From the NCBI GenBank assembly GCA_016840855.1, contig JAEORO010000217.1, positions 1 through 45,131 of the forward strand: DNA of 45,131 nt, in the 5' to 3' direction. Below, piece after piece: positions 26,428 through 35,225 of the stretch. Numbering within the stretch: position 1 is the stretch's first letter; each line of letters begins with the position of its first letter. Position numbers and translations under genes: made by a program. Origin of the DNA: Candidatus Thorarchaeota archaeon. Its GTDB lineage: Archaea > Asgardarchaeota > Thorarchaeia > Thorarchaeales > Thorarchaeaceae. A model generated the notes under the pieces. That model searched no databases. It had not been told where the DNA came from and was given only the letters and a program-made list of their open reading frames with translations.

Positions 26428-28077
26428 CTAATATGCAACTTCCAAATCCAGTTGCATGATATCGGTCAATACAAGGAAATCCAATTTACCACTTTTCATC
26501 TTTTCCCTTAGACATATTGACCTGCTGAGTTTGTTGTATACTACTATGATGATGGCTGCGGATAGCAACGAACCAAGAGGCAGAGTCAAGGGGAGCGTGG
26601 ATATCCACCAATTGTTATGAACATTGAAATACAGTATTTCTATGGTTTCGTCAACAGCATACGAACTATGAATTCCCCCCCAGGTGGCGTTAATCGTTAG
26701 TCTGCAGTTTCCATTCGCAATATGAAATGTGTTTATGTCTATTCTCCAACAGCTGTTGTTCACAATCTGAGCTTGTAATATAGTATCATGCAGTACCGGA
26801 TGGTCTGAATCTACCTTTTCCACGAGTTCTCCTGTCACAGAGATAAGATTGCATCGATAACCGTCTCGGAGAACATTTTCCGTCACATTGAAATTAATGT
26901 CGCAATAAGCCAACCCAGAAAGTGGTCCCATCGCCAAACCTCCATACTTTTCGTATAGTGCTGTTGTTGATTCCACAAAATCATAACCTGAAATGAGAGG
27001 TTCAGGATACGCCCATTGACTAATCTCTCCGGTGAGGCCAAACCTGATTGACGCGGCAAGGAACACACTGAAGAATTCATCAGATGATATTACATCGCTT
27101 GCCATTATCCCTGTATGTATGACCACTCCATCTCTGTACTTGTGCATATAAGCGGCTACGGGATATTCCGGGATTTCACTAGCGTTAACGAAATTCCAGT
27201 ACCCGATAACATCTGTTTCTGTTTGGTTTTGCAGAAGATTCTCTTCATGACCCCTATAGCTCGAGTAAATATTCTCACCCAACGTAGATCTGATAAAATC
27301 ACTGAGCACATTTGTTGTGTTGACTGTAATACCGTTATAATGGTTACCTGCCCAATATTTCCACAGGTTACTCCCAACCCAATTCATGTTGTCCTCATAC
27401 CATCTATGACGGACGGATTTCCATGCATGAGTCCCATTGAATTCCCACCTATGTCCCTTGGTCAGGCTCAGGTATCCATTAGAATATGTGACCTCAGCTA
27501 GAAAGGTACAAGCATCCATTATAATCAAAGTGCCACCAGATGCAACAAATTGCTTATAATAGAGATACTCCCGCTCCGTAACGTATTCGGTAAAACCGAG
27601 TATCACGACATCATATACTCTCTCACCATCATGAAAGAGCCCGCCTTGATCCACGTCTATTTCGTTGATGACCGTTACAGTGTTTCCAAGAACCAGATGG
27701 AGCGCACGAGCAGTATCACTCTCAAACCATGCACCAAGTCGCTCGCTCCAACCCCACTCATCAACAACTGTTCTGTTAAGAAGATTCAGGTCTGTTGTGA
27801 CGTACTCTCCTACAGGAACCGCGCTGTATTTGGAGTAGAATGTATAGAATGCATTTGAGTAGGCAGTCGCAGAAAAAATAGGCTTGACCACAGCTATTCT
27901 ATTCTCAGTCGAAGCAATGGTAGCTCTACTGAATGTGACCATTTCAGCAGAACCACTTGGGCTATAGGGAACCGCCGATAGACTAAAGGAAGCTATCGAT
28001 ACAATAAGTACTAGGAAGAAAGTAGGCCATCCGAATCTGGAATGTTTTCTGCCCCCTTGCCTCTGAGCAATGGTCAT
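26428..28077 (-). CDS. Cell-surface/secreted protein with N,N-dimethylformamidase beta-subunit-like (GATase-like) domain and C-terminal TM anchor
   Basis: N-terminal signal/TM, PIFSATAY, YDVVILGFTEYVT...FVASGGTLII, many NxS/T sequons and a C-terminal hydrophobic helix followed by basic residues. Confidence 0.65.
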   Translation of the reverse strand: MTIAQRQGGRKHSRFGWPTFFLVLIVSIASFSLSAVPYSPSGSAEMVTFSRATIASTENRIAVVKPIFSATAYSNAFYTFYSKYSAVPVGEYVTTDLNLLNRTVVDEWGWSERLGAWFESDTARALHLVLGNTVTVINEIDVDQGGLFHDGERVYDVVILGFTEYVTEREYLYYKQFVASGGTLIIMDACTFLAEVTYSNGYLSLTKGHRWEFNGTHAWKSVRHRWYEDNMNWVGSNLWKYWAGNHYNGITVNTTNVLSDFIRSTLGENIYSSYRGHEENLLQNQTETDVIGYWNFVNASEIPEYPVAAYMHKYRDGVVIHTGIMASDVISSDEFFSVFLAASIRFGLTGEISQWAYPEPLISGYDFVESTTALYEKYGGLAMGPLSGLAYCDINFNVTENVLRDGYRCNLISVTGELVEKVDSDHPVLHDTILQAQIVNNSCWRIDINTFHIANGNCRLTINATWGGIHSSYAVDETIEILYFNVHNNWWISTLPLTLPLGSLLSAAIIIVVYNKLSRSICLREKMKSGKLDFLVLTDIMQLDLEVAY

Positions 28078-28153
28078 ATTACAATTCCACCCTTCTAACT
28101 TTGATCTGCTAATCTCACGCGCTCAAATAAGCATACCTAGATGTCACGCGCCA

Positions 28154-28576
28154 CTATGAAACAGATCTAAATGACTGAAACTCATAATAGTTGGGATCAA
28201 TATAGACAAAACCTAGAATCAAATTACCACGTATCTCATCAAACTTGTACACGCCAAAAACTAACTCCTCGCCATGATTTCTCCATTTCAATTTGCCACA
28301 CGCTAGGTAGTTGCGGAATATGGCACGGCACTGCTTTCGGATTGTGCTGAACAGGTTCTTGTATCTTCGTCTCTGCGATGATCGAATCCCCCACCGGTCC
28401 AGAATGAATCGATTCGTTAAGCTGTTGCTTGAAACCAAGATGGATGCTCCTTTCTTTTGTAGCCTTTGTTGATTCTCTTGAAGCATGCTATACAGACACT
28501 CTGGAATGTTGGCTAGAATTGATGTTGTGACTCCCGGTTCTCGATATATCGAGTCTTTCTTTTCCAAGATACCCAT
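28154..28576 (-). CDS. Hypothetical basic protein, divergent from rps13
   Basis: 140-aa ORF with a GGTGAG SD upstream; Arg-rich helices followed by beta strands. Confidence 0.65.
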   Translation of the reverse strand: MGILEKKDSIYREPGVTTSILANIPECLYSMLQENQQRLQKKGASILVSSNSLTNRFILDRWGIRSSQRRRYKNLFSTIRKQCRAIFRNYLACGKLKWRNHGEELVFGVYKFDEIRGNLILGFVYIDPNYYEFQSFRSVS

Positions 28577-28660
28577 CTCTCACCTTAATCAGGTATTCTC
28601 TCATTTGAAGACCCCCAAGTTCGTAGGTTTCTCACATGAAAACCGCGGCTTGATGGTAAG

Positions 28661-28670
28661 TGTTATAAGG
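28661..28670 (+). promoter_or_regulatory. Putative TATA box of rps13 operon
   Basis: TTATAA about 55 nt upstream of the rps13 ATG in a divergent intergenic region. Confidence 0.35.
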
Positions 28671-28721
28671 CATCTTCAAGACGCGAACACGCCTCAGACC
28701 AGTCAGATGAGGTTATAGACC

Positions 28722-29171
28722 ATGTCCGAAGATTATAGACATATTGTCCGAATGTCGGGAAGCGACATTGATGGACAAGAAAACTTACTACAGGGGCTGA
28801 CTCGCATCAGAGGAGTTGGCATTAGGTTATCCAGATCAATAATTGCGCAGCTTGGAATGGACCCTTCACAGCGACTCGGCTTCCTAACTGACGCTGACAT
28901 TAAGAAAATTGAGAAGATAATCAAAGATCCTATAGCCTCTAATTTCCCTGACTGGTATGTTAATCGTCCACGAGATAGAATGAGCGGAAGAATGTTGCAC
29001 CTGACTGGTTCTGACCTTGACTTCGCTCAAAGAAATGACATTGACCGACTCCGTAGAATCAAATCCTGGAGAGGTGTTCGACACTCACTAGGTCTAAGAG
29101 TTAGAGGTCAGCATACTAGGACAACCGGGCGCGGTGGAGTGGCTGTAGGAGTTTCAAGGAAGAAATTATAG
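28722..29171 (+). CDS. rps13: 30S ribosomal protein uS13
   Basis: YRHIVR, LTRIRGVG and SWRGVRHSLGLRVRGQHTRTTGR. Confidence 0.98.
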   Translation: MSEDYRHIVRMSGSDIDGQENLLQGLTRIRGVGIRLSRSIIAQLGMDPSQRLGFLTDADIKKIEKIIKDPIASNFPDWYVNRPRDRMSGRMLHLTGSDLDFAQRNDIDRLRRIKSWRGVRHSLGLRVRGQHTRTTGRGGVAVGVSRKKL

Positions 29172-29186
29172 TTGAGGGAATGAATC

Positions 29187-29834
29187 ATGGGTGATCCGCG
29201 TTCACAGAAAAAGAAGTATGTTGCTCCTAAGACGCCTTTTGACAGTGATCGATTCGAACAGGAGCTTCAGATGGTTGGTATTTATGGACTGAGGAATAAG
29301 AAGGAGCTTTGGAAACATAGGACAGAGCTCTCAAACTATCGTAGACAGGCTCGAAATTTGCTTGCACTTCCTGTTTCTGAGAGGGCACTACAAGAACGTG
29401 AGCTGGTAGACAAACTTGCCCGTCTTGGTATTCTTACTGCTGAACCAACCCTTGATCATGTGCTTGACCTCACCATGGAGAATCTACTTGAGCGCCGTCT
29501 GCAGACACTTGTCTTTAGAAAAGGTCTTGCGAGCTCGATGCATCATGCTCGACAGCTTGTGACTCACGGTCATATAGCTCTTGATACAGCAAGAGTCGAT
29601 ACGCCTCAGCGAATTATCGCAGTCGCTGAAGAAAATCGAATCCAATACTCTTCAAAATCAGCTCTTAACGATGCATCTCATCCTGCAAGAATTGCTGCAT
29701 CTGATGCAGCCACACGTGCATCTGCTGCGCGTCTTGAGGAAGATGAAGATTTCGAACGCCCAAGGAGATCCGATGAAGCAGAGCCTGTAACTGATGATGA
29801 TATGGAATCAGAAGGAGATGAGCATATTGAGTAA
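29187..29834 (+). CDS. rps4: 30S ribosomal protein uS4 with acidic C-terminal tail
   Basis: [24 protein letters not shown] and [10 protein letters not shown]. Confidence 0.97.
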   Translation: MGDPRSQKKKYVAPKTPFDSDRFEQELQMVGIYGLRNKKELWKHRTELSNYRRQARNLLALPVSERALQERELVDKLARLGILTAEPTLDHVLDLTMENLLERRLQTLVFRKGLASSMHHARQLVTHGHIALDTARVDTPQRIIAVAEENRIQYSSKSALNDASHPARIAASDAATRASAARLEEDEDFERPRRSDEAEPVTDDDMESEGDEHIE

Positions 29835-30225
29835 GGATGACAGAGACAAGTGGGGTGTTGCTCACATATTCGCCTCATACAATGACACCATTATCATGAT
29901 TACTGATATAACTGGTGCTGAAACACTCGCTAGATATTCTGGTGGAATGATGGTGAAGGCAGATAGGAATGAGTCATCTCCTCATGCGGCGATGCAAGCT
30001 GCTTTCCAAGCTGCACGCGAGGCCAAAGACAAGGGTATCTATGGTATACATATCCGGGTACGAGCCCCTGGTGGTCATGGTCCCAAGACACCTGGTCCTG
30101 GAGCACAGGCTGCTATCCGTGCACTCAGTAGAGCGGGATTACGAATTGGCATCATCGATGAAGTGACACCAATGCCACATGATGGGACAAGAAAGCCCGG
30201 TGGTCGTCGAGGTCGAAGAGTATAG
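29827..30225 (+). CDS. rps11: 30S ribosomal protein uS11
   Basis: [33 protein letters not shown] and GGRRGRRV. Start TTG 29827 (after GGAGATG) or ATG 29818. Confidence 0.97.
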   Translation: MSKDDRDKWGVAHIFASYNDTIIMITDITGAETLARYSGGMMVKADRNESSPHAAMQAAFQAAREAKDKGIYGIHIRVRAPGGHGPKTPGPGAQAAIRALSRAGLRIGIIDEVTPMPHDGTRKPGGRRGRRV

Positions 30226-30255
30226 TCGGTTCTAAGTCACTTACTATTCTTGGCG

Positions 30256-31590
30256 TTAGAAATCGTGCCATTTCGTAACTAGACCGTATGGTACACCACT
30301 ATTCGTTTTGTTAGCTCGTACAAGAGGTCTTGTTAGATGTCTCTGAGCTCTCACGGGTGGTAGATACAGCCCGATACTTAGGTCTCTTTTTCGATATGAT
30401 TCAGTCCTTTTAATTTCTGTATTTCTATACCCGCATTTTACGCACTTGTATCCCTTTCCAGTTCCTGCGCTTTTCATCCTCTTACCACATTGCGGGCAAA
30501 CCGGATTTGAAAAATCAAATATTTCTGCTAGTTCATCAACTTCTAAGCCCTCGAGGTTAAGGGTCCAACCATGGGTTCTAGAAGCTGGACGAACACTCGC
30601 GTGAATCTTGATCCGATCGCCTATTTTTAACTTCATTACAATATCTCGAAACTCACCTGAAGGTTCATAGGCTGCACAATCAATTCTGTTACTTTCATCC
30701 ACAATACGAAATATTGAATGTCCTCCTTCAATCATTTTGGGCTCAACATCTACTCTACCACTTACGATTGCCGCCATATATGGTCGTAGATCATTTATTG
30801 CAACATGATGTTTCAAGTGTTCTCCTGTCCCTTGATTAGACCTGAATACGACCCATCTGTCAACCTTCTGTTTGCTTTTTACCTGTTGGCCAGCTTTGAT
30901 GACTGATGCTGCAGTCTCTCCACGGACCCCGAAAAGAACTGGGTCGGGACCATGAGGCTCAATCAATATCCTATTGGTTGATGGGTCTAAATTTGAGAAA
31001 AGAAAATCTGTCATTGTTTTGTCCATTGTTAGTACTGAGTTGACATCGACTCCTCTTTCCTGATCACAATCTTTCAAAGCTCGATAGGCTATGTATTCGT
31101 AGGTATAATCTCCTTGGAGGTTGTTGGCAACTGCTGAGAGAGCTCCAATGAGTCCTCTTCCATTCCCGCGAGAATAATGAGGAATATTACAGGTTTCCAC
31201 AACTCTTTGAGCCAATTCAATGGGCACAACGCGCCATAGTGCGAGTCTAGAAAGATGTTGCACCTGTGAAGGCACTTCCTCTTCGAAAAAAACCACTCCT
31301 GGATTTGTATTTGGATACTCTTTTTCTACATAATCCTGTACGAGCTCTTGCACTATCGGAATAATAGAATCTACATCCTTAGAGCGCATTAAGAAACGGA
31401 GTGCTACTGCACCATTTCCTCTGGTTCTATATGGGATTCCAGGATTAAGGCGAATGAGATTTGGATAATCTGTCCATTCAACGTTCAACTCATTGAGCGT
31501 TTCAATGAGTATTGTAGCAAAATGAGTAGTACAGCCACCATCTGGACTATCGATGTCATCCATCCCGATCTGAATCAACTTTTCACTCAT
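30256..31590 (-). CDS. tiaS: tRNA(Ile2) 2-agmatinylcytidine synthetase
   Basis: IGMDDIDSPDGGCTT, RLNPGIPYRTRGNGA, PHGPDPVLFGVRG, OB fold, CPQC..CVKC and RHLTRP. Confidence 0.95.
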   Translation of the reverse strand: MSEKLIQIGMDDIDSPDGGCTTHFATILIETLNELNVEWTDYPNLIRLNPGIPYRTRGNGAVALRFLMRSKDVDSIIPIVQELVQDYVEKEYPNTNPGVVFFEEEVPSQVQHLSRLALWRVVPIELAQRVVETCNIPHYSRGNGRGLIGALSAVANNLQGDYTYEYIAYRALKDCDQERGVDVNSVLTMDKTMTDFLFSNLDPSTNRILIEPHGPDPVLFGVRGETAASVIKAGQQVKSKQKVDRWVVFRSNQGTGEHLKHHVAINDLRPYMAAIVSGRVDVEPKMIEGGHSIFRIVDESNRIDCAAYEPSGEFRDIVMKLKIGDRIKIHASVRPASRTHGWTLNLEGLEVDELAEIFDFSNPVCPQCGKRMKSAGTGKGYKCVKCGYRNTEIKRTESYRKRDLSIGLYLPPVRAQRHLTRPLVRANKTNSGVPYGLVTKWHDF

Positions 31591-31859
31591 TCGTCACTCT
31601 TCCGACAGCTGTTACATAATGTTGCCTCATTGATTTTCATTCCATGGTCTTCACATACCAATTTGCCACATTTGTTACAAGCTCTTGATGCTAGGAACTC
31701 TCCACAAATACTGCATTTGGCTTCGTGGCAATTGATGCAAGTTCCATCATTGATAACCAAGCAAGACTCACACACTCTCGCATTGCACATTTTGCATAAT
31801 ACGAAGGGTCTTTCCTCTTGACCACATATCTCGCATGAGTCGCCTGGCTTGTAGAACAT
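31587..31859 (-). CDS. Small multi-zinc-finger protein, translationally coupled to tiaS
   Basis: Eight CxxC/CxxH pairs in 90 aa; TGA overlaps the tiaS ATG. Start ATG 31859. Confidence 0.75.
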   Translation of the reverse strand: MFYKPGDSCEICGQEERPFVLCKMCNARVCESCLVINDGTCINCHEAKCSICGEFLASRACNKCGKLVCEDHGMKINEATLCNSCRKSDE

Positions 31860-31934
31860 AATGATTAATCCTCTATCAGATGACATATGGCAACACAGAA
31901 ATTCTTTGCTCTTTGATAGAAGACTGTTGGTGAG

Positions 31935-32474
31935 ATGTTCTTGGCTCCAATTCCAGAGATTGTAGTCTACCATGCAAATCAGTGTGCCCCCAAGAAATGC
32001 ACAGGTACTAGACTAGGTCGAATGAACAAGGTCAAGATCGTTAGAAACATGCGATATATTCCACGAGGTTCAGTGGTTCTTAATCCAGTTTCCGAGGTAG
32101 CTTTTTCTGCAGCTGATAAAGAAAATGTGTTGAAGTCAGGGCTTGTTGCACTTGACTGCTCTTGGAAACAAGCTGAAACAATATTCGCTGCATCAAGAGC
32201 TGGCGCACAACGAGCATTGCCCTATCTCCTTGCAGCCAATCCAATCAATACATACAAGCCAATTAAACTCTCTACTGTTGAAGCGTTAGCGGCTGCTCTA
32301 TATATACTTGATATGAAAGACCGAGCAGCTGACGTATTATCTGTTTTCAGGTGGGGAAATTCGTTCATTACATTGAATCGTGTGTGGCTTGATGCTTATG
32401 CAGAATGCAGCAACAGCAGTGAAGTCGTTGAGGTTCAACAAGAAATTATGAATGAACACAGTCGGGACTATTGA
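31935..32474 (+). CDS. tsr3: 16S rRNA aminocarboxypropyltransferase Tsr3
   Basis: CAPKKCTG, LDCSW, RALPYLLAANPIN, LSTVEA and FRWG..F..LN. Confidence 0.95.
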   Translation: MFLAPIPEIVVYHANQCAPKKCTGTRLGRMNKVKIVRNMRYIPRGSVVLNPVSEVAFSAADKENVLKSGLVALDCSWKQAETIFAASRAGAQRALPYLLAANPINTYKPIKLSTVEALAAALYILDMKDRAADVLSVFRWGNSFITLNRVWLDAYAECSNSSEVVEVQQEIMNEHSRDY

Positions 32475-32485
32475 AGAGGTGGGGT

Positions 32486-32838
32486 TGGCTCTGGTCCAGA
32501 GAGTAACCCCAATTCTGTTTACTCAAATCTGTTGCCAGAAATGAGCTTTGCGACATCAAACTAAGCTTCCTACCCTACACCTCGGGTCGATACTTCACTG
32601 GTGTATTCTTGGAATTGCTCAACCGGTGATGGGCCGTTTCAACCAGTCCGAATTGATCCTCAACAGATTAAAGCTCTGCATCATTGTCATATCCAATCCG
32701 GGGGTGCCGTTTCTGTTCCCAGAGCGAGGTTCTCACCTCCCTGGTAATCCAGGACCGGCATCGACATAGAGTCGGGAGTTTCCTCAGCTCTCACTCCGAA
32801 GAGTGAGTACCGTCAGTCGCACTTCTGCTCCAGAGCCA
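32486..32838 (-). ncRNA. rnpB: Ribonuclease P RNA (archaeal type A)
   Basis: Minus strand shows P1 TGGCTCTGG/CCAGAGCCA, CR-I GAGGAAACTCC, CR-II AACAGAAAC, CR-III TGAAAC, GAGCAA, P6 GTCGAT/ATCGAC and CR-V AACAGAATTGGGGTTA. Confidence 0.93.
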
Positions 32839-32877
32839 TGAATTATTGAACTTATTCGGATAAAAATATGGCTGAAC

Positions 32878-33885
32878 TCAATCCTGTGGTTTCTTTTTCC
32901 ACATCGAAGGATACCGTCCTCGTTCCATCAGCACCCGTTCAGTGATTGCCATAATTCCAGTTTTTGCCTTCGCTATCCTATCACTTGTGTCAGCACATTT
33001 TGCCACAGCAATTGCTTCACCTTTCTGTGTCTTCAAAACGACAAAGTCATCTTTTTTCATCCCACTACTCAGACTTACTATGCCACTTGCAGCAAGATTT
33101 GCTCCATGACAGATAGCGTCAACTGCAGAATCGCGAACATTGATGATGGGGAGATGTCCAAGACCAAACTCAATTGGTAGAAGATATTTCCTCAGCTCTG
33201 ATTCATCGCCTTCTTCCTTCCAAAACATAAACGCATCTTTCAAGTCATATAAGGTGCACAGATGTTCATCTTCTTTGAATGATCCCACACGAGTTCTTCG
33301 TAATTCTCGCATATGCCCTCCTACACCTAACGCCTCGCCTATGTCAAAACATAATTTTCTGATATATGTCCCAGCTTGACAACCAACTTTGAACAAAACT
33401 AGTCGTCCTTTGATTTCTAGAATCCTATTGTAGTAGATTTCCCGAACTCGAAGTACTCTTTTAACAGAAGATCTTAGAGGCGGCTTTTGGTATAGCTTTC
33501 CAACGAACTCGTCTATGACTCTTCTAATATCACTCTCAGCTGCTTTATTATGCAGCTCTAAGACACAAACATACTCTTTTCCTGCAGGTATTAATGCCTG
33601 CATCGCCTTTGTTGCATTTCCAATCCCAGTTGGTAAAATTCCAGTGACAGCAGGGTCCAGAGTACCTCCATGTCCAACGCGATCAACCCCAAGTATCTTC
33701 CTAACCCAAGTAGCTACTTCATGACTTGTGGGTCCTGAGGGTTTATCCAATGCTACTACGCTATTCTCTAGAAGATATTCAATCGGAAGATTATCAAGCG
33801 ATTGAAAACCATAATCAGGATTGGTGTTGTCTAAGGCTTTCAGTATTAGTTCACGAGGCGAATCTGCCGGTAATATGCCCGACAT
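32878..33885 (-). CDS. cbf5: H/ACA RNA-guided pseudouridine synthase Cbf5
   Basis: LDKPSGPTSHEV, GHGGTLDP, KEYVC, GTYIR, ELRRTRVG and a PUA domain. Start ATG 33885 after an AGGAGG SD. Confidence 0.96.
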   Translation of the reverse strand: MSGILPADSPRELILKALDNTNPDYGFQSLDNLPIEYLLENSVVALDKPSGPTSHEVATWVRKILGVDRVGHGGTLDPAVTGILPTGIGNATKAMQALIPAGKEYVCVLELHNKAAESDIRRVIDEFVGKLYQKPPLRSSVKRVLRVREIYYNRILEIKGRLVLFKVGCQAGTYIRKLCFDIGEALGVGGHMRELRRTRVGSFKEDEHLCTLYDLKDAFMFWKEEGDESELRKYLLPIEFGLGHLPIINVRDSAVDAICHGANLAASGIVSLSSGMKKDDFVVLKTQKGEAIAVAKCADTSDRIAKAKTGIMAITERVLMERGRYPSMWKKKPQD

Positions 33886-33917
33886 CTGACTAACCCTCCT
33901 GACCACGACCTCTATTT

Positions 33918-34199
33918 TCAAATCTCAAATCTAATCTTTGTTCTAAACTTCTCAAGTAGTCCTGCTTCTTCGATTGCTTTCTCAACAGTATTATCATCCG
34001 CATCTGGAGCTAGTTGAAGAATAGCTTCCAGAGGTTCAAGATGTCTAGTATTGCAGCTACGTCGTCGCACACCGCTCAGATTTTTGGGACCAGTAATAAC
34101 TACATAACTGTCATCTTTAACTTCAATTATAACACACAGACTTCCAGCCTCACGGCCCATAGTCTTCACACATACTCTTCCTGTTTCGTAGAGACCCAT
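33918..34199 (-). CDS. rpl14e: 50S ribosomal protein eL14
   Basis: GRVCVKTMGREAG...SGVRRRSCNTRHLEP. Confidence 0.95.
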   Translation of the reverse strand: MGLYETGRVCVKTMGREAGSLCVIIEVKDDSYVVITGPKNLSGVRRRSCNTRHLEPLEAILQLAPDADDNTVEKAIEEAGLLEKFRTKIRFEI

Positions 34200-34329
34200 G
34201 ATTATTACACCTCGCCTTGTCTTTAGTCAGCATTTGAGTCACCTCACTGCATCATTCATTCAGACTGGGAGAATGTGACGGTGACTCCCTGATGTCAATA
34301 AGAGCCTTACGCTTGATACTATTCACCCA

Positions 34330-34875
34330 TCATTTGTCAGACTTGTCAAAGTATTCTTCGATTGCAGTGAAAACTATCTTGACTACATCATCAAGGTCAT
34401 ACTTGTCTGTGTTTATGATAAGGTCGTAAATCGAGTGATCAGACACATCTACTCCATAGTACTCGAGATATCTCGCTTTTTCGCTACCTTCGCGAGTTAT
34501 CGTTTCTCGTCGAGCATACTCAAACTCTGTGCCATCTCTCTCTGAGATTCTTCGGATTCTATTTTCAACTGATGCAATCAGCAGAATCTTCAGGTCAGCA
34601 TTATCCCCCGCCATCCATGCAGCCAATTGGCCATCAATGACTGCATTTCCTTTCTTAGCCTCTTCTCTCAGCTTATCATCGATTAATCTATCAATATCTT
34701 CATTGCCCTCAGCGACTCTACTGAACTCTTCTAACGTGAGTTCTCGTTCCTTTGCAAGCTGCCGGAATATTACTCCAGCTGACATCCTCCGTAAATTGAA
34801 TCTCTTGGCAATAGCATCAGCTACAGAGCTCTTACCCGTCCCATGGAGTCCGCCAACTGTGATTACGCGTTTCAT
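34330..34875 (-). CDS. cmk: Cytidylate kinase (archaeal type)
   Basis: GLHGTGKS, SAGVIFR, RISERD, RYLEYYG and YDLIINT. Start ATG 34875. Confidence 0.93.
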   Translation of the reverse strand: MKRVITVGGLHGTGKSSVADAIAKRFNLRRMSAGVIFRQLAKERELTLEEFSRVAEGNEDIDRLIDDKLREEAKKGNAVIDGQLAAWMAGDNADLKILLIASVENRIRRISERDGTEFEYARRETITREGSEKARYLEYYGVDVSDHSIYDLIINTDKYDLDDVVKIVFTAIEEYFDKSDK

Positions 34876-34879
34876 TGCG

Positions 34880-35146
34880 TTACTCTCGAGCTGCTTTAAT
34901 GATTCCACGACGCAATGCCCTAGAGGAAATGACACCGCCATATGGTCGATTTGGACGCCTCGCGGAGCGGCTTGCCCCTCTTAAATTGTCATGCCGTCCT
35001 GATTTTGACAGCTGCAACTGTGAACCTGTTACGGCACAGGTTCCTCCTGCTCTATAGAACTTCTTTCTATGAACAAATCTCCTTCCGCCTGGTGTCTTGA
35101 CCATGCGGTTTGATTTTCCCTTAGTAAGTTCACCGGGTCGTGGCAT
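34880..35146 (-). CDS. rpl34e: 50S ribosomal protein eL34
   Basis: VKTPGGR...RPNRPYGG, in the conserved position before cmk. Confidence 0.92.
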   Translation of the reverse strand: MPRPGELTKGKSNRMVKTPGGRRFVHRKKFYRAGGTCAVTGSQLQLSKSGRHDNLRGASRSARRPNRPYGGVISSRALRRGIIKAARE

Positions 35147-35225
35147 ATTGTGACACCCTTGTATCTCTTTTGAGACCCCCCTTATCTGTCCTTTTAAGCA
35201 AAGCGGTACTACCAGAGCTTCAGGG

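Noticed and set aside
24700-28100. Integrated element at tRNA-Ser (DUF89 gene looks somewhat AT-richer)
   Set aside because: No integrase or transposase, and no duplicated tRNA 3' end (att site) was seen in the window.
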